From assembly GCA_044356455.1 (NCBI GenBank), contig JBIKWF010000003.1, forward strand, positions 32,001-96,000: 64,000 nucleotides of DNA, in the 5' to 3' direction. Each line of letters begins with the position of its first letter. Position 1 is the stretch's first letter. The stretch is from Bdellovibrionota bacterium (GTDB lineage Bacteria; Bdellovibrionota_C; UBA2361; JBGSMV01). This document shows positions 1 to 9,312 of the stretch, piece after piece. The translations under genes and the position numbers were made by a program. The notes beneath the pieces were generated by a model. That model saw nothing but the letters and a program-made list of their open reading frames with translations, searched no databases and was not told the DNA's origin.

Positions 1-84
1 TTTCAGTCCTCTGAGCATTAGTCAGCTGGTCGCTTAGATGTGATTGCCGTTGACGACGATTCATAAGCTGGACTTTGAGCAACG

Positions 85-651
85 CTATTCACAGCGGTCG
101 TAGTCCGCGAAAGCCATCGAAACTTGCTTACGCAGTGAAAAGCTTTTTCCACTGCTTGTCTTTCCGTCAAGAATCACAGAGAAGCTCTGAACACCAAGTG
201 AGGGAGAGAGATACGAAGCAGAAGATGAGAATTTTTTCTGCTCTCCATCAGCTTTAAGAAACAGCGCGACGACTCGCCCAGTAGAATCCCTAGAGATAGG
301 ATTTCCGAAAAGTGGCGCGAGAGGTCTTGAAAGTACGGACCGGCTGGAGGGAGACACGCGCATACGAAAGCGCACTCTACGAATAGTAATTTCCTCGGGC
401 CTAGGATTTCTCACTGAAATCCCAACGAAGGTATCGTGAAAAGGTTCGTCGGTCTCAGTAGGAGGCTCGCCGCAGAGTCCTCGCGTGAGATCTACATTTA
501 TGTCAGAGGAGCCCCCCTCACTTATCGTCCCGCGATCGAAGGTATCAATCGATACAATCCGAAGCGACTCTGCGCGCACGGCCAGCGGAGCTCCTAACAC
601 ACAGAGACAAACGAGCTTACTCAGCCATGAGGAAACACTATTCCACGCCAC
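85..651 (-). CDS. Hypothetical exported protein
   Basis: 188-aa ORF with a signal-peptide-like N-terminus (LVCLCVLGAPLAVRA-E); no recognised family. Confidence 0.6.
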   Translation of the reverse strand: MAWNSVSSWLSKLVCLCVLGAPLAVRAESLRIVSIDTFDRGTISEGGSSDINVDLTRGLCGEPPTETDEPFHDTFVGISVRNPRPEEITIRRVRFRMRVSPSSRSVLSRPLAPLFGNPISRDSTGRVVALFLKADGEQKKFSSSASYLSPSLGVQSFSVILDGKTSSGKSFSLRKQVSMAFADYDRCE

Positions 652-835
652 AGGAGTGAATATCGGAAAGAACTGCCCCCAGCTTCCGATTGCAGCGCTA
701 CTTCGGCGGGCAGAAGAACAGGCTTTTCATTAACAATCTCAACAAGATAGAAGACCTGAAGCACACAGACCTCAGATGCAGAATAACATTAGGGTCACTG
801 TCCTTAGGTTTTTGTTCTTTTTGAGAGGTTGTTCC

Positions 836-2311
836 ATGCGAGGCTCTATCCTTTCCTCCATCCTTGTAGCTGCGGCTCTTCTTCTCTCCACTTCCCACGT
901 ACATGCGCAAAGCGGCGCTATTCATGGCATGAGCCTCTCGGGGCTTTCACAAGGCGGCTGTCAAAACCTTACAGGATTCGTTCCGCCACGCTACCCAGGA
1001 CTTCCCGGCCGAATCCCCTGTGAAGAATTCGTGCAAGGAAAGGTAGCGACCCAGGGCCAGCGAGCTACTGCTCTTTCAGTTCCGGGAGATACCACCGCAA
1101 ATCTTCCTAGCAGCGCATTTACCGATGCTTTCAATAATTCTTTCACTCAGGAGACTTACAACTATCGAGTGGCGTACGGTTTGGAAAACGACAACTATTC
1201 TGAGTTCGTTCAAGACAGCGCACTTCGCACTCGTAGCTATAACTTCTCTGCCTTCGGACTTGTCAACGCGCTTAACGCAAACCCCGCATTACTAAGAGCC
1301 CTTGCGCAGCAGCAAGTTGTTGATGGCAGCTCCATTGGATTTCAAATTGAAGGGGGCAACCTCTACGTCGAGGTCCTCAAAAACTCCCTAAGAAGTATTG
1401 AAATAACCCCCGTCGATCCCGACAGCTTCAACTCTTTAAATAATCCCAGCAAGAACCCGTACTCCATTGCCTGGGTAAACCCAAACCCTTCCTGGACTCC
1501 GCATGCATCGATTCCAAGCGGCATTACGTTCCGAAGTGAGTTCGATCAGAACTTGCAACGCTGGAGATACTTCATTGATGTTGATGGTTCCACGTTACAG
1601 ACCATCGGGAAGTACATTGTGTATTTCACGCTCAGCGAGACTACGGGCCGCCTTGTGCAATATCAGTCTCAGGTAGAGGGACTCATTAGCCGCACCATTG
1701 CGCGAAGCCTTAGCGCAACCATCACCATCGGATATGGCATAGACCAGTGTGTGGCCGAGAGCATCATTGACGTCCCGGATCTGGAGCCGCTCCTCAAAGT
1801 CTACGGCGAGACGCTGAATCGCGTTGCAACAGATATGAAGAAGGCAAAGCGCCTTCTCCGCGGCGAAGTAAAAGGTAGCGAAGGCCGACGTCTCTATAGT
1901 CGGCAGTTGCGCCGAATTGAAAAGGCGAAAGAGAACCTAGCGGCCGCTCGTGCTGCCGACGTTCAAGCGCATTCTATTGGGATTGCTGGACTTGATCAGG
2001 GAACTCAAACAAAACTAATTTTGGATCTTGCCGCTACTGCTCGATCGACTATCGCTCCCGGAAGAAATGGTAGTCCTTGGAGTATACGGAGACTTCTCAA
2101 AGCTATGAAGCAACTCCTTCTTCCTCGAGCCCCGCAAGCGCTAAGCGCGAAGGAGAAAAAGAGCGCGAAGAGGACCGCAAAGGCCTTCAAGGGCTTAATA
2201 AAGGCCGGAGATAAAGAATTGAGTGTATATCTAACTAAGCTCAAAAAGATGTCCGACAAGATCGATCTCATCAGAGAGAATACCTCTCAGTGCGGGGCAA
2301 TTCCTCTCTAG
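836..2311 (+). CDS. Hypothetical exported protein with basic helical C-terminus
   Basis: ORF track 776..2311. ATG 836 has GAGAGG upstream and starts a signal peptide (MRGSILSSILVAAALLLSTSHVHA-Q). The C-terminal third is Lys/Arg/Ala-rich. Confidence 0.7.
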   Translation: MRGSILSSILVAAALLLSTSHVHAQSGAIHGMSLSGLSQGGCQNLTGFVPPRYPGLPGRIPCEEFVQGKVATQGQRATALSVPGDTTANLPSSAFTDAFNNSFTQETYNYRVAYGLENDNYSEFVQDSALRTRSYNFSAFGLVNALNANPALLRALAQQQVVDGSSIGFQIEGGNLYVEVLKNSLRSIEITPVDPDSFNSLNNPSKNPYSIAWVNPNPSWTPHASIPSGITFRSEFDQNLQRWRYFIDVDGSTLQTIGKYIVYFTLSETTGRLVQYQSQVEGLISRTIARSLSATITIGYGIDQCVAESIIDVPDLEPLLKVYGETLNRVATDMKKAKRLLRGEVKGSEGRRLYSRQLRRIEKAKENLAAARAADVQAHSIGIAGLDQGTQTKLILDLAATARSTIAPGRNGSPWSIRRLLKAMKQLLLPRAPQALSAKEKKSAKRTAKAFKGLIKAGDKELSVYLTKLKKMSDKIDLIRENTSQCGAIPL

Positions 2312-2453
2312 ACAAAAGTTTAAGAAGGAAGCCGGTGCCGATAGCAGCAGCTTCAAAGCGCCCCTCGAAAGTGGGCACGATCCTCGCATTCGGCATGGGG
2401 CTGAACTATCGAGGTTTTTCAGGGCTATCTCAAAGGCCACTAACTAACTGAGG

Positions 2454-2846
2454 CTAGTGGTGAGATGAAGAAGTTAGAGGAGGCTTTGCCTCAGCCTCGA
2501 CTTCACGACCTGAGTGCCTGAAAGGATTATCTAGAAATATTCCCCCCATCATGACGGCCAGCAGAATGATAGGAAAGGCCGCATAGAGCCACGTGGTGAG
2601 CTTTTCATACTTAAGATGCATGAAGAAAAGAGCCACAAGCATGGCCTTTACCGAGGCTATGACCATGGCAACCACCAGGTTCCACGAGCCAAAATCAAAG
2701 CGGGTTATTCCCACCGTGAGAACGGTCAAAACCAGCAGGGCGATAAAAATGTAGAGATACGTGGAGTAAGGTGATGCATGCCCGAGCTCGTCCGAATGGT
2801 CCTCGGTAAGCATCTTCTCAAAATTGTGATGTCCAGAATGTCCCAT
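2454..2846 (-). CDS. coxD: Cytochrome c oxidase subunit IV
   Basis: Three TM segments, motif KAMLVALFFMHLKYE; last gene of the cox operon. Confidence 0.9.
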   Translation of the reverse strand: MGHSGHHNFEKMLTEDHSDELGHASPYSTYLYIFIALLVLTVLTVGITRFDFGSWNLVVAMVIASVKAMLVALFFMHLKYEKLTTWLYAAFPIILLAVMMGGIFLDNPFRHSGREVEAEAKPPLTSSSHH

Positions 2847-2926
2847 GTGCCACCAAATTTAATTCAAATTCCTAGAACTGCTATCCTGCACTACACGAGC
2901 GCTCGTAGCATGAACCTGGTCGCCTC

Positions 2927-3598
2927 TTACCCGACAAGATAAAGTAGCGGGAAAAGATAAATCCAAATCAGGTCAACCAAGTGCCAATACAGGGCGCCCA
3001 TTTCAACCGGAACATAATACTTCTCGGAGAATCTTCCCTTCCGAGCTTTCATGTAGACCCAGAAGAGCAGCGACATTCCGATTATGACATGCAAGGCATG
3101 CAAGCCAGTCATGCAGTAATAGAGGCCAAAATACATTTTGTATTGCTGGGTAAACTCAGGGGAGTTCCAGAATTCGGTTCCAGGGAAAAGGCCGTGGCTG
3201 AACTTACCACTGTACTCAATTCCCTTAATCACCATGAAGATGCCACCACAAAGGATGGTGACAAGAAGATTTTTGGCACAGCGCTGATTATCTCCGCGCT
3301 GGGCGGCATCTACCGCAAGAGCAGCGGTAAAGCTGCTGAAGAGAAGTACGGCTGTGTTAAATGCGCCGAATCTCCAGTCCAATTCCTTGGAAGCGTGATG
3401 AAACTCTTCGAAATAGGCCCAATGGTACAAGGCAAAGGCCGTAAAGAGTCCGCCAAAAAGGAGAATTTCAGTCGCAAGAAAGAGCCACATTCCAAGTTTC
3501 GCTGACTGATAGGCCGTGGGCGTATCCATGTGGTGGATATGGGGCGGCTCTCCTGGGATGAAACCATCCACCGAGGCGCTATGATTAGAAGCATTCAT
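2927..3598 (-). CDS. coxC: Cytochrome c oxidase subunit III
   Basis: GMWLFLATEILLFGGLF, TGLHALHV, YWHLVDLIW motifs. Confidence 0.95.
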   Translation of the reverse strand: MNASNHSASVDGFIPGEPPHIHHMDTPTAYQSAKLGMWLFLATEILLFGGLFTAFALYHWAYFEEFHHASKELDWRFGAFNTAVLLFSSFTAALAVDAAQRGDNQRCAKNLLVTILCGGIFMVIKGIEYSGKFSHGLFPGTEFWNSPEFTQQYKMYFGLYYCMTGLHALHVIIGMSLLFWVYMKARKGRFSEKYYVPVEMGALYWHLVDLIWIYLFPLLYLVG

Positions 3599-3682
3599 TC
3601 GTCTCTATCTCCCGAAGCAAACAACGAGCCAAAAATCTCAAGAAAGCGGCGGCTGCTGGCGCAGCCATCGCGTAACAGTTGC

Positions 3683-5389
3683 CTAGTGCGCAGCTGCTCC
3701 TCGCACCGGTGTTCCATAGTCATAAGAACCAGTGGTCACCGTAGGCGTAGTGATAAAGTTCTCGTGAGGAGGAGGCGACGAAGTTGTCCACTCTAAGGAC
3801 AAGGCACCAAAGGGATTAGCGGGAGCCTTCACCTTCCCAAAGCGAGCCGCCCACGCCAGATTAAAGAGCGCAAAGGTATACCCAAGGGCGTTGATATAGG
3901 CGCCGACGGTAGAAACAATATGGAGCGGCTGATATTGCGGGAGGTAGTCGTAGTAACGACGAGGCATGCCTTCCATTCCCAAAGCGAACTGAGGCAAGAA
4001 CGTTAAATTAAATCCGACAAAGACGAGGAACCAGGCAATTTTTCCTGCCGTCTCGTTATACATTTTACCGGTAATCTTCGGAAACCAGTAATAGAGGCCA
4101 GCTATGAGCCCAATGACCGCTCCGCCCTGAATCGTGTAATGGAAATGCGCCACGACGAAATAGGTGTCGTGATAGTACACATCCACCGCCACGGTAGCTA
4201 AGTAGATGCCCGTGGTCCCCGCCACCATGAATAGGAATACAAATCCCATCGCATACAGCATCGGAGTATTGAAACTGATTGAGCCCTTATACATCGTGCT
4301 CACCCAGTTAAATACTTTCACCGCAGTTGGTACCGCGACCGCAAAGGTAATGACGGAGAAGTAAATAGCGGAAGCATCTGAAATACCCGCCACAAACATG
4401 TGGTGAGCCCAAACGAAAAATCCAACAAGCGCAATCGCAAGCGAGGCGTAGCATACCGCCTTGTAACCAAAGATGGGCTTTCTCGAGAATACAGGAATGA
4501 TCTCGCCAACGATTCCAAACGCCGGAAGCACCATGATGTACACGACCGGATGGGAATAGAACCAAAAGAGATGCTGATACAGGACAGGGTCACCACCAAG
4601 TTTGGGGTTAAAAACACCCACGCCGAATCCACGCTCAAGAATTACGAGCAAAAGAGTGATTCCAACTACCGGGGTAGCAAGGGTTTGAATTACGGCAGTC
4701 GCGTAAGTCGCCCAAATGAAGACTGGCAGTCTATCCCAACGCATGCCCGGCGCGCGCAGTTTATGAATAGTTACAATAAAATTAAGACCAGTAAGAATAG
4801 ACGAGAAGCCTAGAACAAAGGCGGCCGCCGTCATCCAAACTACTGAGGTTCCGGTATCCAGCGCGTAGGGAGCGTAGAAGGTCCAACCAGTATCAACAGG
4901 GCCGTGCACGCCAATGGCGGTCATGAAGCGCTCAAGAAATGCTGGGCCAATCGGCTTAAGGAGTCCAATGAGGGCCATGAAAGAGCCCACCATGTAAACG
5001 TACCAGCTCAACAAATTAAGCCGCGGGAAGGCAACATCCTTTGCGCCAATCATCAGAGGCAATAAGAAATTCCCTAACGTGGCGGGAATCCCCGGAACGA
5101 TGAAGAGGAATATCATCACCGCGCCGTGAACGGTGAACAGCACATTATACGTATCAGGGTCTACCAGGTTAACGTTGCCAGTACCCCAGAATTTCGCCAA
5201 TTCGGTTCGCAAAATAAGGGCAGCGACACCTCCCACAAAGAAGAAGCAAAGTATCGCGTAGAGGTACATGAGACCGATGCGCTTGTGGTCAAGCGTCGTA
5301 AGCCAGGACCAAAGCCCTCGCTGGTGATTAAGATAGTTCAATTCAGATCCATCACCGTGATGTGATGCGACAGAAGCATGCGCGCTCAT
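3683..5389 (-). CDS. coxA: Cytochrome c oxidase subunit I, A2 type
   Basis: DHKRIG, TVHG, FWFYSHPVVY (YS motif of A2 type), WAHHM, VAHFHY, GMPRR. Confidence 0.97.
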   Translation of the reverse strand: MSAHASVASHHGDGSELNYLNHQRGLWSWLTTLDHKRIGLMYLYAILCFFFVGGVAALILRTELAKFWGTGNVNLVDPDTYNVLFTVHGAVMIFLFIVPGIPATLGNFLLPLMIGAKDVAFPRLNLLSWYVYMVGSFMALIGLLKPIGPAFLERFMTAIGVHGPVDTGWTFYAPYALDTGTSVVWMTAAAFVLGFSSILTGLNFIVTIHKLRAPGMRWDRLPVFIWATYATAVIQTLATPVVGITLLLVILERGFGVGVFNPKLGGDPVLYQHLFWFYSHPVVYIMVLPAFGIVGEIIPVFSRKPIFGYKAVCYASLAIALVGFFVWAHHMFVAGISDASAIYFSVITFAVAVPTAVKVFNWVSTMYKGSISFNTPMLYAMGFVFLFMVAGTTGIYLATVAVDVYYHDTYFVVAHFHYTIQGGAVIGLIAGLYYWFPKITGKMYNETAGKIAWFLVFVGFNLTFLPQFALGMEGMPRRYYDYLPQYQPLHIVSTVGAYINALGYTFALFNLAWAARFGKVKAPANPFGALSLEWTTSSPPPHENFITTPTVTTGSYDYGTPVRGAAAH

Positions 5390-5520
5390 CGTGGAGTCCT
5401 CGTTCCTAGTACAACTGTTAACTGCTCACTCGTTCCTCCAAGGGACCGACCCAGGAAGGGCTCACTGCCTCACAGCGGCAAGGGCCCCAGAAGGGAAGAT
5501 CGAAGATGGGGAAAGTGAGA

Positions 5521-6852
5521 TCACTTCACCGTCTTAAGATACTCAATAATGTCTTTAACGTCCTGCTCTTTAAACTGAGTGCCGTACACTGGTGGCATCA
5601 TGTTCTGATACCCCTTCACAATTTTAGCACCCGGATTAAGAATAGATTCTTCAAGATAGGCATCGTCGGCCTTAACCGTTGCTCCGCCCTCCATCTCCTC
5701 TTCGCGCTGATAGATACCCTTAAACGAAGGGCCTATAAGCTTGCCGCCATCAAGCGAGTGACAAGACGTGCACGCGGGTACGGATTTGGCTTTGACTAAT
5801 TTCTCTCCGCGCTGCACGGGGGTTAGCTTATCCCACCCGTCATCAGCAGGAGCTGGCGTAGCTACTGGGGCAGGAGCAGAACCATCCTGAGCTTTAATGA
5901 ATGCGATCAAGGCAGCTATCTCATCAGGATTAAGCTGACCATCAAAACTAGGCATGACCGGAGAATAGCCCGCCACGACCTTTGCAGCGGGATGTAGAAT
6001 CGACTCTTGAATATAGTTATCGTCCACTTCGACCTCGCTTCCGTCGGCCATCTTGTGCTTAGCGCCATAGGATTTAAGGAACGAGGGGCCAACAACTCGA
6101 GAACCATCGAGACTGTGACAAGCGTTGCATCCCTTATCAACGTAAAGCTTCTTGCCTCGCTCACTAGGCGCCATGCCAGCCATGACCATCTCCGCGCTGC
6201 GGTCTTTAACCCAGCGATCGAACTCGGCCTCTGAAACCACCGTAAGATTCGCCATCATGTTCGAGTGTTCACGCCCGCAATACTCAGTGCAGAACACGGG
6301 ATAGCGACCAGTCTTTATGGGAGTAAACACCAGGTAGTTCCACTGGCCTGGAATAACGTCGCGCTTGACGCGCATGGCGGGAATAAAGAAGCTGTGCAGT
6401 ACGTCGCGAGACTGCATCACAAGGCGCACAGGCTTATTGACTGGAACTACCCATTCTACATTTTTGCCGCCGATCTTTTTGACCTGAGGCTTGCCTTCTT
6501 CGTCCTTGTATTCGTATTCGAAATCCCACTGCCACTTCTGTCCCCATACCGTGATGCTCATGGCGTCCTGGGGAACCGTTCTCATATCTTGGTAAATGAC
6601 AACGCCGTAGTAGCCGATAAAGATACATACGACCGTGGGCACTATGGTCCAAATTGCTTCAAGCGTGTGGCTTCCTTCAATACGGGGAGTTTCGTGGTCT
6701 ACCCCTCCCTTGCGCCGATAACGGATGGCGAAATAGATCATGGTGCCAACGATCGCGACCGTAAAGAAGAGGGATAAATCTGTTATAAGATGGTTTATCC
6801 AATCGACATCAGCCGCGTGAGTGGAAGCTTGTTCAGGAAGAAAGCGAAACAT
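5521..6852 (-). CDS. coxB: Cytochrome c oxidase subunit II fused to two cytochrome c domains
   Basis: CuA ligands DVLHSF...CTEYCGREHSNM; two heme-c motifs, CNACH and CTSCH, in tandem homologous domains. Confidence 0.95.
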   Translation of the reverse strand: MFRFLPEQASTHAADVDWINHLITDLSLFFTVAIVGTMIYFAIRYRRKGGVDHETPRIEGSHTLEAIWTIVPTVVCIFIGYYGVVIYQDMRTVPQDAMSITVWGQKWQWDFEYEYKDEEGKPQVKKIGGKNVEWVVPVNKPVRLVMQSRDVLHSFFIPAMRVKRDVIPGQWNYLVFTPIKTGRYPVFCTEYCGREHSNMMANLTVVSEAEFDRWVKDRSAEMVMAGMAPSERGKKLYVDKGCNACHSLDGSRVVGPSFLKSYGAKHKMADGSEVEVDDNYIQESILHPAAKVVAGYSPVMPSFDGQLNPDEIAALIAFIKAQDGSAPAPVATPAPADDGWDKLTPVQRGEKLVKAKSVPACTSCHSLDGGKLIGPSFKGIYQREEEMEGGATVKADDAYLEESILNPGAKIVKGYQNMMPPVYGTQFKEQDVKDIIEYLKTVK

Positions 6853-6966
6853 TTAGAATTGGTCCCTAACCAAGATAAAACTGACCACGATAAAATTGAG
6901 CGCAAAAAGTATCACCCGACAAAACATTCCCTCCGCGCCATAGGTTCGAACGAGAGGAAGCAATGC

Positions 6967-7914
6967 TCAGCCCCCAGTTGTTGGCCGACGGCGCGACCGA
7001 CGTTCTCGCAAGACGAGCACCACAATCAATCCTCCAAGCAGCGCAATCGAAATCACCCCGCCGACTCGGAGAGCTCCCATTGTTACCCACATGTACTTCC
7101 CCTTTGTCGGATCAAAGCGGAAGCAAAAGAGCATTACATGATCGAGAGCCGAACCAATCTTCCCCTGAGACGCTTCGACTAATGCAAGCCTAACGTCAAA
7201 AACCGCGAACTCGATACCAGCAAAGTACTGAGCCACCGCCCCGCCCGGGGTCAGAAGGATTAGCCCTGCACTATGAGCAAAATCAACCCCGTCGGGAAGA
7301 TAGTTAAATCCAATCTGCCGCATTAATGTTGAAATATTGTCCTGGGTGCCCACCAAGAAGTGCCAAGACAAACGCTGTTCATTCGTAAGACCGAGCATTG
7401 AGGCGTAACGCTCCTTGTTCTCCGCCGCATCTTTGGGGGTCTCGGTAGGCGAAAAACTTACTGTAATTACTTGAAAATCCTTGCCTATTTTGAGGGGGAG
7501 CTCGCGAAGGAGATCGATAAACCCGGAAAGCAAAAGACCGCATAGCCTTGGACAGCGGTAGTATACCGGAACGATAATAGCGGGCTGATCCTTCTTGATG
7601 AAGCTGCCAAGACTGGCCTTAACACCATCTGAATCTGTAAACTCCAAACCTAGCTCTACCTGCTGAGCCAACTTAGGGTTTAGTCCTATCCTCTCCAAGC
7701 TACTTGCCGGGTCTTCAATTGCTGAGGCGAAGCCTGCTAGAGAGAAAAAAAACCAAATGCATAGGCACTGCGCGAGTAAGCGCCTTTTCAGAGTGGCCCT
7801 ATCTCTGCGGGAAATACCCAAAGTATCCACAGCCTGGCCGCTTCTTTCCCCACAAGTTTTCAACAAGTCTGCACCTCTTCGGAGAAGTCCACTATGATAC
7901 TGAAACAATTGCAT
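6967..7914 (-). CDS. sco: SCO family copper chaperone (true start probably downstream of 7914)
   Basis: YYRCPRLC (CxxxC), FAHSAG, FCFRFDP, C-terminal TM; first gene of the cox operon. Confidence 0.88.
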   Translation of the reverse strand: MQLFQYHSGLLRRGADLLKTCGERSGQAVDTLGISRRDRATLKRRLLAQCLCIWFFFSLAGFASAIEDPASSLERIGLNPKLAQQVELGLEFTDSDGVKASLGSFIKKDQPAIIVPVYYRCPRLCGLLLSGFIDLLRELPLKIGKDFQVITVSFSPTETPKDAAENKERYASMLGLTNEQRLSWHFLVGTQDNISTLMRQIGFNYLPDGVDFAHSAGLILLTPGGAVAQYFAGIEFAVFDVRLALVEASQGKIGSALDHVMLFCFRFDPTKGKYMWVTMGALRVGGVISIALLGGLIVVLVLRERRSRRRPTTGG

Positions 7915-8099
7915 AAATAAGGGAACAGCTCCGGCCTATAAATAGCCAAAAAACAAGCTATGTGGATAATTTATCCCCCCGAAAGCCGGTCTCCATTGCC
8001 ACCTTCGGCGCCCAGCTGGAATTTTTACGGCTCCAAAACGATCCCGAGAGAAGAAAAGCACGCCTGCCCAAATAGACGCTTACCGGACCGAGCATAAAC

Positions 8100-8128
8100 T
8101 TGACCTATCAAACATGTGCCCGTAAACT
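8100..8128 (+). promoter_or_regulatory. Sigma70-type promoter
   Basis: TTGACC (8100-8105), 17-nt spacer, TAAACT (8123-8128). Confidence 0.65.
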
Positions 8129-8134
8129 TACCCT

Positions 8135-8290
8135 AAAGTCTCTCCTCATAGGTGTGTCTGTACCGTAGAGAGTTTTCACCACGACATGTTGTGGTGGCAA
8201 CTGTACTTTGTGATGGCAGCGGGACAGCCTACCTACGAATGGTGTTCAAGGTGAAGATTTATCTTTACTACGGGACACACTCCTACCCTT
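8135..8290 (+). ncRNA. Candidate rod-like structured RNA (6S/SsrS-like, or a long structured leader)
   Basis: Lies just after the promoter. TAGGTGTGTC..CGTAG..TTTTCACC (8149-8180) pairs with GGTGAAGA..CTACGGGACACACTCCTA (8250-8285). Inner segments also pair. Folded by eye only. Confidence 0.4.
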
Positions 8291-8308
8291 CAAACTAATA
8301 GGGCGCGC

Positions 8309-8743
8309 ATGACCGGTGAAATCTGGAAGCAATTTGAAGAGAATAAAATTACTCACAGCGCGGCGCATCACCTGTTGGCAGTTCTTGAGCTCCGAGACAA
8401 GCGTGGGTATGCCCGAGTTACCGACGTTGCAAAACATCTGGGAATAACTACGGGGAGCGCCTCCACCAATCTTAAGGGCCTAAAAGCCAAAGGCCTTCTT
8501 ATCGAAGACGACAATCGCTTCCTGACCCTTTCGGAAGAGGGAGAAGCTTTGGCGCGTGCGGTTGTCGCTCGCAAAAAGGTATTCGAACGATTTCTCCTCG
8601 AGGTTTTAAAGGTATCTCCGGAACAAGCTGAAGTTGATGCTTGCAAGACCGAGCATTTACTGAGCGCGGAGACTGCTAAAAAGATGGAAAAATATCTGGA
8701 CTCGCTCTCGAGCTCAGGGAAGTCAGTGGTAAAAAACAGCTAG
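8309..8743 (+). CDS. DtxR/MntR family metal-dependent transcriptional regulator (no C-terminal SH3-like domain)
   Basis: HTH ARVTDVAKHLGITTGSAS, LSEEGEALA, FERFLLEVL...ACKTEH. Confidence 0.9.
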   Translation: MTGEIWKQFEENKITHSAAHHLLAVLELRDKRGYARVTDVAKHLGITTGSASTNLKGLKAKGLLIEDDNRFLTLSEEGEALARAVVARKKVFERFLLEVLKVSPEQAEVDACKTEHLLSAETAKKMEKYLDSLSSSGKSVVKNS

Positions 8744-8880
8744 AGAGGCTCTGGAAAACCTCAGTTCGTAGTACCATTTTTTCTTCCTTCGTGTCCCCAG
8801 ATTCCTCGTCTTCGCCAAAACTTAGCCGAGGCCGCACCGCAGTAAAGGAAGAGGCAGAATTTGAATACAAGGAAAGACGT

Positions 8881-9312
8881 ATGAAGCAACAACTCCAAGA
8901 CGCGCTTAAAGTGGCCATGAAAGCGAAAGAGAAAGTCGCCCTCGAAACCATTCGAGGAGTGCTTAGCGCGATGCAATACGAAGCCATGGAGAAAAAGGTT
9001 GATGACCTATCTACCGAAGGAACTCTCGCGGTTCTTCAGCGAGAACTAAAGCGCCGCAAGGAAGAGATTGACTTCGCCGTCCAGGCAGGTCGCGCCGAGC
9101 TCATCGAGAAGCTCAAAGCAGAAAGCGCGGTCATTGAGGGCTTTCTCCCGAAACAGCTTACCTCGGTAGAGCTTGAAACAATTATCACGGATCTCAAGGC
9201 CTCGACGCCCGGACTTAATATGGGCGCGGCTATGAAGAGTCTCAAAGAAAAGTTTAGCGGACAGTATGACTCAAAGACTGCCAGCGACCTCTGCAAGAAG
9301 ATTTTTGGATGA
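8881..9312 (+). CDS. yqeY: GatB/YqeY domain protein
   Basis: LKVAMKAKEKVALETIR, AGRAEL, FLPKQL; ATG 8881 preferred to the ORF-track start at 8791. Confidence 0.9.
   Translation: MKQQLQDALKVAMKAKEKVALETIRGVLSAMQYEAMEKKVDDLSTEGTLAVLQRELKRRKEEIDFAVQAGRAELIEKLKAESAVIEGFLPKQLTSVELETIITDLKASTPGLNMGAAMKSLKEKFSGQYDSKTASDLCKKIFG

Noticed and set aside
1..64. Start of a minus-strand ORF (MNRRQRQSHLSDQLTNAQRTE) at the window edge
   Set aside because: Plausible, but too short to support a call.
8135..8290. yybP-ykoY, cobalamin or SRP identity for the structured RNA
   Set aside because: The hallmark conserved motifs of those families were not found by eye.
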